Part shown: piece after piece, positions 1 to 13,923 of the stretch
Position numbering within the stretch: position 1 is the stretch's first letter
How the letters are laid out: each line of letters begins with the position of its first letter
Source of the DNA: Protoeuglena noctilucae
Lineage: Eukaryota
Direction of reading: 5' to 3'
DNA: 64,000 bases
Assembly (NCBI GenBank): GCA_958009085.1
Contig: OY253671.1
Span: 62,001 to 126,000, forward strand
Notes under the pieces: generated by a model
What the model saw: only the letters and a program-made list of their open reading frames with translations
Database searches by the model: none
Told to the model about the DNA's origin: nothing
Program-made: the position numbers and the translations under genes

Positions 1-780
1 AATGCACATTAAACGGGCTGCTCCGTGTATCTGGCGGGTCCTCGCCTGTGCTCCATCGGTCGGCTGCTGATTCTGCCTTTTCCAGCACGCGCTCGACCAT
101 CGCCCTCGTCTGCGCGAACGAGGAGAGTCGAGAAACTCGCGCCGAGTTGCAACCCGGTCCCTCGCGTGGCACGCGCAGGGCGTCCGGCGCTGGTCTGCGC
201 GTCCAGAGCATATCACCTCTTGATCCAAATGCTGCACGAAGCTGGCGTATCGCTGGGCGCTGCGGGGAGGGGCCGCGCGGCATCGATGAAGGTGCAGACC
301 CACACGCAGCGCCGCGAGCGAGCGGCCGATGTCGATTGCGCGCAAGTAAAGCACAAGATACTTTGGGTATCAAAGTCCTCGGCATACCTGGCGGCGACGT
401 TACGCTGCCGGCAACGTAGCTGCTCGGCTGCGGGGCTGCGCGTCGGTCTCCGGCTGCCCAGGCCGGCCCATCGAGCCCGCCGGGCGAGGAGGCCGAGAGG
501 TGCGCGATGCATAATGCCGCAGAGCACAGAGTGAGACAGCCGGAGGATGGATTAAGCGGCCAACGGTGACTCTCTTAGCAACCACCTCCACGACGGCCAC
601 GCGTCTGAGAGACCGCAGCGCTGATCAATGGCGGATTGCGCACGACAGACTGCAGAACAGCAGTGACATTTTATCGGCAGCACATGACACGCGCAGCGAC
701 ACGTGCCAGCAACGCTCGCGCCAGACCATCGATTCAATGTCGTGTTTACAGCTGCGCTGTCAACTCCCATCCCACGCAGC

Positions 781-3700
781 CTATCTCCCCCGCCCACGCT
801 CCTCATCCCTCTCCCTGCCCCTCCCCCAATCCCTGTCCCTATCTCTCCTATCCCTCTCTCTGTCCCGATCTCTATCCCGCTCCCTCTCTCTATCCCGCTC
901 CCTATCCCTCTCCCTCTCTCTATTCCTGTCCCTATCACCACCACCACCACGCTCTCTCCATCCATCTCCACGCCCCTCACCCCTCCACCGCCCATCCCCA
1001 CGACCCCCACCCCTGTTGCCACCCCTCTCACGCTCACCGCCCCTCTCACGCTCACGCTCGCTACCCCTATCCCTGTCCCTGTCCCTCTCCCTCTCTCTCT
1101 CTCCACCCCTCCCATCCCCCCTCTCCCTCTTCCCCCCACCCCACTCCCCCCCCCTCCCCTCCTCCCTGCCCCTCTTTCGCCCATCCCCCCTCCCACCCCC
1201 CACCCCCCCCACCCCCTCATCCCCCAACAGCATATCCGCACCCCCCCTCGCATTCCCCCCCATACCCATACCCATGCCCACCCTCGCCCCCCGCACCGCC
1301 CCCTCCTTTATTTCAATGTTAGACCACGCGCCCTGGCCGCCCCCACGCACGTGACTGCGAAGGGGAATAGAGATGGGAATGGGGATAAGAAGTGGTGTGT
1401 GCATCTACTTCCATCACCGGTAATGTGATTGCTACCAAAGAATATGAACCACAATCTCAACTATCACAACTGATAATCTATTGTCCACACTGATAGACTG
1501 TTACCATTCATTAATAGTACTTAATACTATTAAGTAGCATCCCCCCCTCACCGGTCTGCCTCGGCCGCCATCCCCGCGTCCCCCCCCCCTTTCCCCCTCA
1601 ATTTGAATTGCTTCCATAGCTTGGCCACCGATTGAGAGAAGTCCACCTTGATGCGGCGGTCGTCGATCAGGCTGGGGGGAGTGGGGTGGGGAATCCACAT
1701 TGATTAGTATTACTGAGAACTAACCAACATCTTGAAGTACGCTTCACCCACCTATTATTGTCCATCAAGTAAAGTATACTATATATTAGTATACTTAGTA
1801 TATAGTATACTAGTATATTTACTATGTACTAGTATATTTATGCACAACCCATCCCTCACCAGTTGTTCATCTTGAAGTACGCCTCCTCGGCCGCCTGCTC
1901 CGATTCGAACCCGATGAATCCGTAGTTGAGACTGTCGCCCGTCTTGTAGTCGCGAATGATGTTGCAGTCCACCACCTGAGATGGGTTGGGGAAGGAATGA
2001 TAATAACATGTTTCATCGTGACAACGTAACAGCAGATACTCCACATGTGCGGGGAAGCGATCATGGCACGTTGAAGCATCAAAACGCCACTCATCGCCAC
2101 CGTCACCATCACCACCCTCACCATCCCATCACTACCATCCCCCCTCACCGTTCCCCACCCAAATAACTACATAACCACTCGCCTTCCCGAACCGGGAGAA
2201 TATGATCTCCAGGTCCTCCTCCCCCGTCACCGGGTTGAGCTTGCATATGAACAAATGAGTTGATGGGGGCTTGACGTCCGCGTCTGGCAGGTCCCCAATC
2301 ATCTCCAGAACCACCGCGCGAGACGCAGCCTCCTGCCTGCGGGACTCTGCCTCGATCTCCTCCGCGGGTCTGCGTGGGGGGGATGGGATGGGAGTGGTGG
2401 TGTGTGTATATGGGTGTGTATATGGGTGTATGTCTGCCTGCGGGACTCTGCCTCGGTCTCCTCCGCGGGTCTGGGGGAGAGTGGGTGTGTATGTGTGGGT
2501 GTGGGTGTGGGTGTGGGTGTGGGTGTGGGTGTGGAGGTGTGCACCGGCAACGAGACGCTTGCTAAGAGCTGTCCATACCCCTATACCCATCCACCGATCC
2601 CCAGCCCTGTCGATACCCTTCCATCGCCGCAAACAACAAATCCGCACCCCACCCGACCCCATCGCAACTCGCCACCCTCGCTCCCCCACTCGCTACCCCA
2701 CTCGCCCCCCTCCCCACCACCCCCCACCTGTCGTCTTGGCCCGCCACCCATCCGTCCTCGATTCGATCCTTGGCGTCAAATTGCGGCTCCGGGGACTTCT
2801 CCGGGATCAGGGCTTCGATCCCCGGCATGTCCTCAAAAGGGTCGTCCAGGATGGCCGTGTGGCGGATGCTGGGGGGGTTGAGAGGGAATGAAGAGGGTGT
2901 TTTGTGCTCTGGAATATCAGTGCGTCACGTACGGACAGTGAGACATGGTCGCCGCTTGTTGTGAACCTCGTCTGTGTGTGCCATGAGAGGCGCGATTGCC
3001 GCCATCCCCCATGGTGTGCTCACCTACCCAACTACGCTCCTTTGCAACCTCTCCCCGCACGCTAGCTCTTCACCCCGCCACATCTGAGACACCATCGCCC
3101 TTTCTCCTCTCTTTCTCTTTCCCTCTCTCACCGTATGTTTTGCAGCGGCCGCTCGTCCCCGTCCACGGGCGCCTCGTTGATGCGCTCCAGCACGTCCATG
3201 CCCTCCGCGACCTCCCCGAATATCGTATGACGCTCGTCGAGGGACGAGAGGTCCGCGCCCTGCGTGGAATCGCGGGGAATCGCGAACGCTTTGTTACTGC
3301 AGTGACTCGGAACGCTTAATCGAAGCCTGCGGGCCGCCTCCGGGCGCGGATGCGAGCAAGGATGCATGTATAATAAAGCATACTACGCATTGCTCACCAG
3401 TGTGATGTAGAATCGCGACCCGTTGCCGTTTTTGAAGGTGCTCGCCATGCCCACCAGGCCGCGCCGACGGTGGCGCAGGTGCGGGCGGATCTCGTCGTCA
3501 AAGTGCTGCGCGGGCGGTAGAGATTGGCATTTATCAGACAATCGCGTCTTTGATGCATCGGGCGACGGCCCGGGCGACCGCGGCGCCTCGCCTTGGCATG
3601 GTCGCCGTAGACGAGCCCGTACGCCGACTCCCCGCCGCGGCCGGTGTTCGTCGGGTCGCCGGACTGCGCGATGAAGTTCTTCTGGACGTTGAAGAACAGG

Positions 3701-3946
3701 CAGTTGTTGTAGTACTTGAGCCTGCGGCGAGAGAGAGGCAGAGGTGGACGAAGCTTGCTCTGCTGCCTCCCCCGCGCACCCGCGGCGCAGTGGCGCGCGA
3801 TGGGCGGCGCCGATGATTAAGGGCAACGCTACTTATGCCGCGACTCACTTGCAGAGCTTGAGGAAGTTCTTGGAGGCCTGGGGGCAGTCGTCGACGTACA
3901 GATCGATCGTCAGCTCCCCCAGGGACGTCTCGAGGATCACCGCCAT
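781..3946 (-). CDS. CYP59: Cyclophilin-type PPIase with RRM and RD/RE-rich tail (CYP59/PPIL4 family), multi-exon
   Basis: Spliced translation: [33 protein letters not shown]...[15 protein letters not shown], then [36 protein letters not shown]...[15 protein letters not shown]...[15 protein letters not shown]. Last exon is RD/RE-rich to stop at 781. Exon phases were checked at the main junctions. Confidence 0.93.
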
Positions 3947-4318
3947 CGCCGCGGACCGCAGGCACGAATGTGCGCGCGGAGACGCGCGATAACTCTGCTC
4001 CGCCCTCTCCACGCGCGCGGGCCAGGGCCAAAACTCGTCTCTCTGAGAGAGAAGAGATTCAGCTGCCGCGGAAGCGCCCTCTCGCGGCTCCCGATGGAGT
4101 CGTGCTCAAACGCGCAACATCTGGTGCGAGATCGGAGCCCCGGGGACGTCGCGTCTTGCCAGGTCATTCCGACGACGGCGCGCAGGAGAGCCGTGGAGCG
4201 TCATCCGGCCGCGAGGGCGGCCGTCGAGGCTGCTGTTCCGCAGCTGTTGGCTGATCGTTCCCGATCGCAAGGGCATCCGAGGTTATCGCGCCGGGAGCGC
4301 CGCGGGGTGGCTGCGAGC

Positions 4319-7300
4319 ATGCTGGGCGCTGCGTCTCCGGCCCGGGCGTGTCCTCGCGCCGCGGAGGCCCCCGGGCCATCGCAGGCGGGTCTTTGCAGCA
4401 ATCATCGTCGGCGGGATGCGCGGCGGGCGCGGCGCGGGGCCGTAGGGGGCTCCTCTGGGCCCGAGGGGGGCGACCACGAGGGCGGCCGCGCCGGGGATCC
4501 GTTGAGCGATGTTCGGGCGAACGAAGCGCTGTCTTTCGATTTTTTCGAGGCGGAGTCCGCGACGGAGCAGGTCACAGCCCCGCGCGTCGCGGATGCCGGC
4601 CGGGCGGGCGCGACACCGCTGCTGCCGCCCGTTGCGTGGTGAGGATTCCGCCTCTCGCGCGCGATGGCCGATTTCGACAGCGACGTTGAATTATTTGCTA
4701 ACATGCGCATTTGAGACCCATCACGCAGGTCTCCGTCCCGCGCCCCGCTGGATGCGGTGGCGGGCGTCGTGTGCAGCGCTCCTCCGCACTTCACATCGCC
4801 CCTCCCCCCGCTCGCCCCGACCGGCGACGCGGCGTCTTCGGCGGGTGGCCTGGCCATCGCGGCCGTCGCTGTGATCGCCGCGCGGTTGGGAAGACACCAA
4901 TCGGAGCGCGACCGGATCGGTCTGGGCTACTGGCAGCGACGGCAGCAGGTACGGGGCATACACGGGTGGTCACGTGTGCGGGGAGTGATAAGGAATGCAG
5001 CGTTATTGCGTGACATTGAGGTGGGGATTTGTTCATGGCCATGGGCTGGTCTGTGTGCTCTCTAGCTCTGCATTCGCTTCGCTGCGTAGTCCCCACATAC
5101 CACACCATACGCATAGCATCACTTCTCCCCATTCCTCACCCCCAGTGGCTTGAGTCTGCGGCTGGCGAGCTCCACGCGGCTCGTCTGGCGTACGAGCGCG
5201 GTCAGGCGGAGCGTCGTTCGAAAGCGGAGGCGGAGATGCGGGCGACGGCGGAGGAGGCGAGGAGAGCGGCAGAGCAGAGGAGGCGGGAACAGGCGAGGAG
5301 GGGTGGGGTGGATGGGGTTGGGTAGGATGGGTGATGGGTGTGGGAGCAGAGGAGGGTGAAGGGTGGTGGGGTGGGGGTGGGGTGATGGGATGCAACCGGC
5401 GTATACATACTATGGATGATTTAGGTGCTGAGTATTGCATGTTTATGTTTTCTTATATACATGTTATATAATTGTGTCTATTTGGTGTCCTCAGGAGGAG
5501 GCCCGTGAGGCTCAGAGGGCGGCGGAGGCGGCGCTGGAGCGTATGAGGGAGGAGTACGAAGCGAAGGAGAGGTGAGGGATTTGATGTTAGATGGAGACCA
5601 TGTAACAGAGATGTATTCATGTTCATCTTGAGTGTGGGGATGCCAAGCCGGTGGGTGGAGCGATGCGGTCCGCGCCTGCCACTGCCCTGCAGGTTGATAA
5701 CATGTATAATGGCATGTACGATCATGAAAAAAGCATAGTTATCTCGATCATGGCCACCTCTATCGCAGGGAGATGCGCGCGGAGATGGACCGGCGCGAGC
5801 GTGAGGCGAGGGATGCGGTGCGAAGGCGATACGAGGAGCAGAGAGACAAAGAGAGGAGGGAGGTGGAAGAGAAGAGGGAGAGGGGGAGGGTGGCGAGGTG
5901 AGGGGTGGGGGTGGGGGTGGGAGCGGAGAGGGTAGGGTGTGGGGGGATGATGGGAGTGGGGTGGGGGGTAGCAACCGAGTGCTGAGTAGGACATATCTGC
6001 ATGCTGCAGTCGTTGCTGTGATATCTAGAACATCTGTCAAGTAGATATGTTGGAATTTGTACCTCTTTCCCCCTTCACTCTCACCCAGGGCTGAGCGCGA
6101 GGCTCGCGAGAGGGAGGAGGAGGAGAGGCGGGAGAGGGAGGTGGAGGAGAGGAGGGTGCGGATTAGGTGAGGGGATGGAGAGGGAGAAGGGATGAGGGAG
6201 TGTGTGTGTGTGTGACCACTCTCACACCCTCCACTCACCCTCATCCCTACCCACCCACTCACCCACGCTCACCCCACCCTCACCCCCACCCCCACCCCCA
6301 GATCCGCCAGCACCCGCCTCACCCTGCCCCTCTCCGGCAGCGTGGAGGTCGCCGCGGCCCCAATAGGCACATTGGTGGACCCCACGGGTATTGACCCCAC
6401 GCCAGCGACGCTGCAAGTCACGGTCCGGGCGGGCACGCTGTCGGGCGGGACGGACGAGGAGGTGGCGTACTTCCGGTGACGAGCGCAGTGTTACTGAACG
6501 AATGAATCGTGATGTGAAATGTAACGATGGTGGAGTCTTATGAACATAGTAATGTCGGCAGTTATGCTATTGTCACAGTGGCTTTGGGTCGCGGGCCCCA
6601 ATCAGCCCTTTTTTGTGCACCTGCGGCTTCTTCTGGCTGCTGATTGCTCGCGTACTGGCACATTCTGCTCATCAATGCTTTTCATTTTCGCGACATAAGT
6701 CCCTCATATCTCCCCGCAGGGATCGCGACGACGCGATGCGGAGATCAGGGGCGGTGTGCGGTGGGGTGGCAGACAAGGGGGTGGCGATGTGGGTGGGGGC
6801 TGCGGGGGTGAAGGGGGCGAGGGGGGAGGGTCCGTTGCAGGGGATGGACGAGTTGGAAAGAAATGCGTGGGCGAGGGCGGCGAGGGTGCGGGGAGGGGTG
6901 GCGCTGCAAGACGCGCTGTTGCAGGCGAGTGGGGGGTGGGCGAGTGGAGTGGGGAGGGATGAGCGAAGAGGGGGTAGCCTTGATCAATGCGTGTTTGTGA
7001 CTGATGTGTGTGTGATGGCGACCCCCGTCTCTCACCCCCCGCAGTGTCTGTCGGCGTTCCGCGGCCGTGAGCCCCTGTCGCGCAAAGTGGACATCCCCAC
7101 CGTGCACCTGCGAGCACCAATTACAAGTGCGAGTGAGGGTGCAAGTGCGGGTGGCAGTGCGGGTGGCAGTGCGGGTGCGGGTGCGAGTGCAAGCATCGGG
7201 GTGGATGGTGTGGACGGGGACGTGAGCGTCGCGGGGCGGATGCGTGAGGCGCGTGTGCTGGTGCAGGAGGGGAGGGGGGCGGAGGCGGCAAGGTTCACGC

Positions 7301-9181
7301 TGATGCCGCTGATACGCGACCAGGTGAGGCCTTTGTGTCAAATGCAAACATATTAACGAGGCGTTGCAATGTACTGGAGTGTCACACTGAGTCTCGCAGC
7401 CACGCTTGCCTTCACCTCTAATCTTAATAAACACTTATCACTCTCTCCCCTCCCCACCTCCCCAGGCAGACCAGCTCTCTTCAAACCTCTCCCTGCCATC
7501 CCTCGCCGACCCGGCCCTCCGCCCCCACATCCCCGACCCCGCCCTGGCCGCCGCACCGCTCACTCTGGCACACTGGCTTGCCAGAGTGATGGACGAGCGA
7601 CCGGGGAAGGAGGTGGCGGCATCTCCGTGGTTCGAGGCATCGGTTGCATTGGCGAGGGCGGTGCTGAAGGGAGACGCAGACAAAGCGGAGGAGGGGGCGT
7701 TGGTGCCGGTGTCAGGTGGGTGTAAGGGGGCGGTGTTGAGGTGTGGAATTTTATAAGCAATAGAGAAGTAAGATAGACAGATGATAGCTGGTAGCATGTC
7801 TGGTATCGGGAGTTGCGGATGGCTGGGTGCGCGCTGGCGCGGGCGGGCACAATGGACCTTCGATCGTTGCGTGAGGGTATGGCACTCGTTTCGGCATGCC
7901 CACCATGCGGGATTGCGATTTCTTCTGCCTCTCGCAGACTGCGTGGCGCGCGTGCTGGGCGACAGTCACCCGATCAGCCGGGAGGTGGAGCGGCTGGCCA
8001 GGGAGAGGATGGGGGCGGAGGAGCGGCGGAGGCGCGAGGCGCAGCGGGCCGCGGACGAGGAGCGGCGCGTGCAGAGGTGAGTGGAAGGGGCAGGGGCCAT
8101 GTCGAAGTCAATGGTAGAAGCATCGCATGTGGATGCTTCTCAATTGCGGAGAGGCGGGACCATACCATCGCGTGGGCCGTGTTCGCGTCAACAGTCACCG
8201 TCGATGAAAATGCGTGCAAGAACTAGTTATTCGTATCAACGCGCATTCTGTGATATCATATCCTCGCTCTCGCTTCGTTTCGCAGGATGCTGGACGAGGA
8301 GTGGCCCGAGTACAGCGAGCGGGCGCGGATGCGGGTGGAGGCGGCCGAGGAGGCGACGCCGCTGCCGGAGAAGGCCTGGGCGCTGCGGAACGTGGCGCTC
8401 GCGTGCGGGGACGAGGAGCGGGCCAGGGACATGCTCCGGATGGCGGTAGGGTACATGGAGAGACACGTCCAGGGCGACAGGTGCGACTGCGTGCCGGAGC
8501 GCGCGGATTGCGCCGCGTGCGTCCTCCCCAAACCCAAACCTGCGAAAAGTCAATATTTACTCATCCATTTGACTCCCGCGTCTCTTTTCCTCTTCTCAGC
8601 CACCCTGCGCTCCTCCTCGACCTGCTGCACCTGGCCGAGTTCTGCGAAGCGCGCGCCGGGAGATCCCCTGACTGGGCTGAGGAGGCGAAGAATGCGTGGA
8701 GAAGGCGAGCGGGCGCATCGGGTGTCCGCAGCGGCGCGCCAAGCGTATCGTGCTGAGCGTTCCCGTTTCATCTCCCCGCAGGGTGGCCGGCATCCTGCTG
8801 CAGGCGTCGGAGGCGGCGTGGAACGAAGGCGTCGTCGAACGCGCGGCGCTGCTGGCCCTCGCGGCGGCCGGACAGTGCGGCGGGGCGGGCGACGAGGAGC
8901 TGCGTGCGCGTGCCGAGGTGCCCTGTCCGGCCAGCCAGCGCATCGCTGCAGTCCGCGCACCGCTCCAGACGATTACTTGTCGATCTATTCCGCAGGATCG
9001 TGGAAGGTCTCTCCTGGAGAGGCTCCCCGCGCCGGCGCAGGAGCGGGTGCAGGGGGCGCTGCGGGCGGGCGGGGTCGTGCGCGGCATGGCGGAGGAGTTT
9101 GCGGTGCGGATCGAGACGCAGAGGAACTTGGAGAAGGAGCTCGCCAAGCGCCAGTCCGCCGCGCGCCGCGGCAAGCTCTAG
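4319..9181 (+). CDS. Hypothetical protein: E/R-rich coiled coil plus C-terminal helical (TPR-like) region, about 12 exons
   Basis: Exons joined by GT/GC-AG in consistent phase (EEARRAAEQRRREQ, KAWALRNVALACGDEERARDMLRMAV, HPALLLDLLHLAEFC); stop TAG 9179-9181. Start and function uncertain. Confidence 0.6.
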
Positions 9182-10423
9182 CGGCGCTGGGACCAGCCCG
9201 AGTGCGTGGCTGTGCCGCAGCCTTGCTGCACCGGCCGTGGACGAGTCTGGGCCTGTTATCGCCACTCCGCGCAGCAAGGCATCGGAAGTGACGCGACTGG
9301 GCTTTGAAATCCCAGGGCGGTCGCCGGGACTCGTGCCCTTGTCCTCGGTGTCAGTGAGGCACGGCCCGGGCGCGGTGAAGGGGCGGCCGGGAGCCCGAGA
9401 CGCGGTCACGTCGCAGCGAATTCAAAGCCCGAGGGTGTCGCAGCGTGCGTGCTCGTGTATACCCGGCCAGCCCGCTTTTCCCGCGAGCGTCACCTTTTCG
9501 GAGCCGTGACCCGCCAGGCGCTGGGCTGGGCGACGCATTCGTGATTGCGGAGTGCGCGTGGAGGAGGGCGTCCAGGCGAGTCGGTCCACGGCGAGAGGGA
9601 AGCCTCTCGGGAGTCCAGCCGGGCTCCAACGCGCGACCCCGACGTGGACGCGCCCAGTGGGGCGTGGCTGGATTGTGTGAATGTGACGTAGTTCTGCCAA
9701 GAGTGCGGTGGCGTTCGCCTATCGGGCAACGCAAACGCTCTCGCGGCCCCTGAGTTTCAAAGGCGGCAAGGGGCCAACCGGCCGGGGCGCCCACGGACCT
9801 CGGCGTGCTCTGCGCCGGGGACGCCTGGTGTCGGGGATTTCATATGAACGTGCTTGCCCAGGCGCGGCGCGCGTATACACCCTCGCGGGGGCGGGGCGCC
9901 CGGGGCTTTGCTCGGGGCGGTAGCGGTTCGCATGCCGACACGCGTGCGCTGCCGCGCGCCCCTCCTCCCCACGCTCGCTCGTCGCCGCGGGGAGGGGCCG
10001 CCTTGAGGCTCGGATGCGGCCCCGGCGAGCGGCGACCTCGGCGCAGTGGCCGGGGCACTCGCCCGTCCCGGAGCGCTCCGCCTGGTCCCCCTTCCCGTTT
10101 TCGGCGCCATCGCCGTAGATTGTGATCCAAAATGCATTGTCCCCCCCCGCCCGCGCGCGTGGCGTGCGTCCCCGCGCGCGATCGCGAGATGCCTGGCCCA
10201 TGTGGCGTCCCCCTGCGCCCCTTTCACGCACAAGATGGGGCGCTGTGTGGCGATTGCGCGGTCTTTTCGTACCGACATGCGCGTGCGCTCGCGCTTGCGC
10301 GGGTTCTCCGCCCGCATCTTGCCCACGGATCCGATTGGCGTGGTCCACTAGGTCATCCATCGCGACCGCGGCCCGCAATGCCCCTCCCGCCTCCCCCCGC
10401 CTCAGGCCCACGCCGCCGTCGAG

Positions 10424-12438
10424 ATGCCGGCGGCCGCTATCGAGGCCTTCCCCGCGCGGGACTTCCCGGGGAAGGCGCGGGACCCGTGCGATGTGATGGG
10501 GGCGGAGGACCCCACCCGGCTCAAGAAGAAGAGCCGACCGGACCGGGACCGGTCCCAGCGCGTCATGGCGTGCCTCGGCAAGCGCAACGGCGAGGACGTG
10601 CTCAAGTCCATGCACATGGACCACGTCGACGGGTTGCTGGCGGTGAGGGGCTGGCCGTGGCGAGGGCGACGGCGAGGGCAACAGGGGACTGTGCGCTGTA
10701 CGCTCCCACTGTACCACCACCCATGCATAAGCCACAGGCACCACGCCGCACACGCACCACCCCGCGCCGGACCCATCGCCCCTTCCCCCACACCCCCGCA
10801 GCCCCGGCTGTCGGCATCGTCGGTCAGCAGCGACGTGGCGCTCTGCCCCCCCGCCCACCGCGCCCCGGACGCCCCCCAGACGAGTGGCACGACCCACGCG
10901 CTGGACGGGGACACGGCCGCATGCGCCGCCTCGCCGGACCACGCCCAAACAAGGTGAGGGCAGCGGGGAGGGAGTGGCTGGGGTGGGACTGGTGGGGATA
11001 GTGGGGGTGGTGGAGTCTGAGTTGGGGACCGAGGATGGGGTGGGATAGAGATCCCGGGGTGTGCGTCTTGTACCAACCGCGCACCCTCGCCCGCGCATGT
11101 TACCCCTCGCACCCGGGCCTGTGATGCGTGTATCGGCACTAATTCTTCCCCATCGCCCGTCGTCCTCACGCAGGGCGTGGCGCCCTCGCCAGGCGTGCCG
11201 GCGGGTGGAGGGCGCGGACGTGCGCGCTCCGCTGCACCACCCGGCAAGCAAGGAGGAGTGGGTGGAGGACAGCCCGGATCGAACCATGGACACGGACGGG
11301 GAGGAGAGCGAGTCGGGGCCGCCCCGGCGGTGCGGGAGTGTGGCAGCGGACGAGCTGGCCTCGCCGCTGCGGGTCGACGTGACGGAGCCGACGGGGGGCG
11401 CTGTGCTGCCCGGGACGCGGATGCAGCGCGCGTGGCAGGCCGCCTGCGAGGACCCCACCCACATGCAGTCCCTCTTTTTCCGGTGAGAGCACGCTCAGTC
11501 TATAGTCAGCACACCCACATGCCCGCTCCTTCTGCCCTTTCAGCCCTTGGCAGTGTCGTCCGCCGCTGCCATCTGCCCCACCCGCACTCACCTCCCCTCC
11601 CCACCCTCCCCCGCAGCGGCACCCACATCCCCGCGCACGGCTGGCTCAACGCCTGCCGCATCTGCGGGTCCTGGACCTCCCGCACCCGCCCCATCCAGGG
11701 CGCCCACCTCAGCGTGCCCCTCTGCAGCGGGTGCGCCGAACGCATTGACAAGGTGAGGGTGCACGAAGCCATGACCCATGGGTATAGCTAGTTTGGAACA
11801 TTGCGGTGGTCGATTGAGCTGCGCAGCCACCACCGTGCACCCAGCACCTACCCTTGGCAGTCGAGTTCCCCACCTCTGCAAGTGCGAGTGCCGCTGCTAT
11901 ACCATCCTAACCCTACTTCTGCTCCCTCCCTCCCTCCCTCAACACAGGGCACGCTCTTCGCCCTCTACCCCCTGGACCCCTGCTGCCCCCCGCCCGTGGC
12001 CCCCTCCCCCAATGCGCACCCCTCGGGCCCCGTGCCTCTGGGAGCGGCCTGGTCGACGCCGGAAGGGCGGCCCTGGGTCTCAAGGCAGAGCGCCGCCAGC
12101 GGGGGGCCCTTCCAGACGGTGCAGTTCCTCAAGGCGAGGGCCAGCGGAGCACGAAGCGCTGTGACAGAGGCAGCGCGCTTCTGGAATGTTGCACCTGACC
12201 AACGTTTCGCCTCACGCGGCGTACCCTGCCCTCTCCGCGCCTTCTAGATTCAACCCCAGCCCCGCATATGTATGTGACTGCTCCATTTACAAATCATGTG
12301 CGCCCGCGTCGCTCTTGCTCACTCCTCCACCCCCCTTCGCTTTGATCTCAGGACCACATGCGCCGCAACGGGGGGGACTTCACCACGGCCCTCCACCAGC
12401 TCCACCTCCGCGTCTCGACCCTCCTCAGCCCCCAGTGA
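10424..12438 (+). CDS. Hypothetical protein with CxxC...CxxC putative zinc-binding motif
   Basis: MPAAAIEAFPARDFPGK...; internal exon HGWLNACRICGSWT...PLCSGCAERIDK. Last exon DHMRRNGGDF...SPQ* assumes a GC donor at 12134; otherwise the frame stops at 12247. Confidence 0.55.
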
Positions 12439-13923
12439 AGACCACACTCTGAAAGCCCCCAACACCGACGGCCCACGACATGACGCCACAGCGACATGGT
12501 CAGCGTCTGCGGCATTGACAGCCGCCACGCCACAGCGACAGCAGCATGGCCAGCGTCAGCAATCCACCCACGACGACTGGCCATCACACTCGGCTACTCC
12601 GCACCCGTCGAGCCCCCGCCCACACGCAGAGCCACCGCCCGCGCCGGGGGGGCTTTTCTCGAACGGGATTGCGGATTTTGTGGCGCTTTGCCTTCACCCG
12701 GGAAGCTGTGCGGCGATGTTGGTGTCGCCCTGCCTCCCTGGGTACTTCACCCCTAGCGTTGCCATAGCCGCCACGCCGCCACCACCGCCACCGCCACCAT
12801 TGCCGCCGACCAGGCATGCGCGTGTGCTCGCCGCCGCGACTGACACCGACTGCATCCCTGCCCGTTCGCTCCCCAGGGTCCCTCCCCTTCCCCGGCCTTG
12901 CTTTGGCTTGCTTTGCCCCGCAAGTGCTATGCCTTTGGCAAACCCCCGTCTGTGGCCCCCCCTTATCCCAGGCAGACCGCAGCGCTGTCTGTCCGCCGCT
13001 CCTTTGCCCCTACCCCGTCGCCGCGCCTGCGCTCGCGCCCTAGCCACCCTCCCTTGGGCAAGGGCAGTGCCTTTCGCCTGCCCCCGCCCCTCCGGCCCCG
13101 GCTGCCGCCCCCCCGCCCCATCGGACCCTCTTGTCCCGCCCCCCTTTGGCCGCGGCCACTTGACCGCACAAGCCCACGCGCGCCCGTCGCTGCGCCCTGC
13201 ATGCTTGCCCGATGATCCGCGCACGACCGTGACTGCGCTCCCCCTCCGTTCCTCGTCACCCCTTTCCTTCCCCCATGCGGGCGGCGCCGCCCCAGCCCTG
13301 CGCCCGCAGGCGGCGGCGCGGCCGGCCCTGCCTAGCCCCGCGCTCCGCTGCTCTCTTCTATCGCAGTTATCGGTTCCTGCACCCCTGCCCGCGCCCGCAT
13401 GCGCCGCTAGCCCCGATTGCGATGGCGCCCCCTTCCCTGCCGGACGCATTCCCTTTGCTTGACACTGTTCTAGCGACCTCCCCGTTGACGCGCGGGGGCG
13501 AGAGCCGTCCCGCTGCGCATGGCTGCTCGCCGAGGCTGAGCGCCTCGCGATTCGTAGACCTGCCAGGCCCGTAGCGCACTTGTGCGGAGGCGATGGGGCG
13601 CTGGCGCTTGTCCGGGACGATCTCAGTGTCGAGGACGAGGCATTGAAGAAGAAATGATGAAATGGGGGAGGCCCTCAGGTCTGGCGGAACTGACCGGCTC
13701 GCAAAGGACGCCTTTGCAGACGGAGACGGTCGCGTCGAGTTGGAAAGATAGATTCACGGGACCCGAGCAAGTCGCGACTGTAGCGGGCAACTATCCGCTG
13801 ACTTCCACCCCGTCAGCTCGCCCGGCCAACCAGAGCTCACGGGAGCTTCCTAGCAATCGCAGCTGGGTCGCAACGTGGCTGTGGCATCCCAAGCGATCGC
13901 GGGGGACTGCTCCAAGCCGCAGA

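Noticed and set aside
25..534. Possible gene end at the window start
   Set aside because: Splice-like sites are present but no recognisable protein or resolvable frame.
9719..11464. 581-aa minus-strand ORF and other long overlapping ORFs (12296-13462, 25749-26951, 59838-60899)
   Set aside because: Expected from stop-codon scarcity at high GC; no domain signal, mostly antisense to or between real genes.
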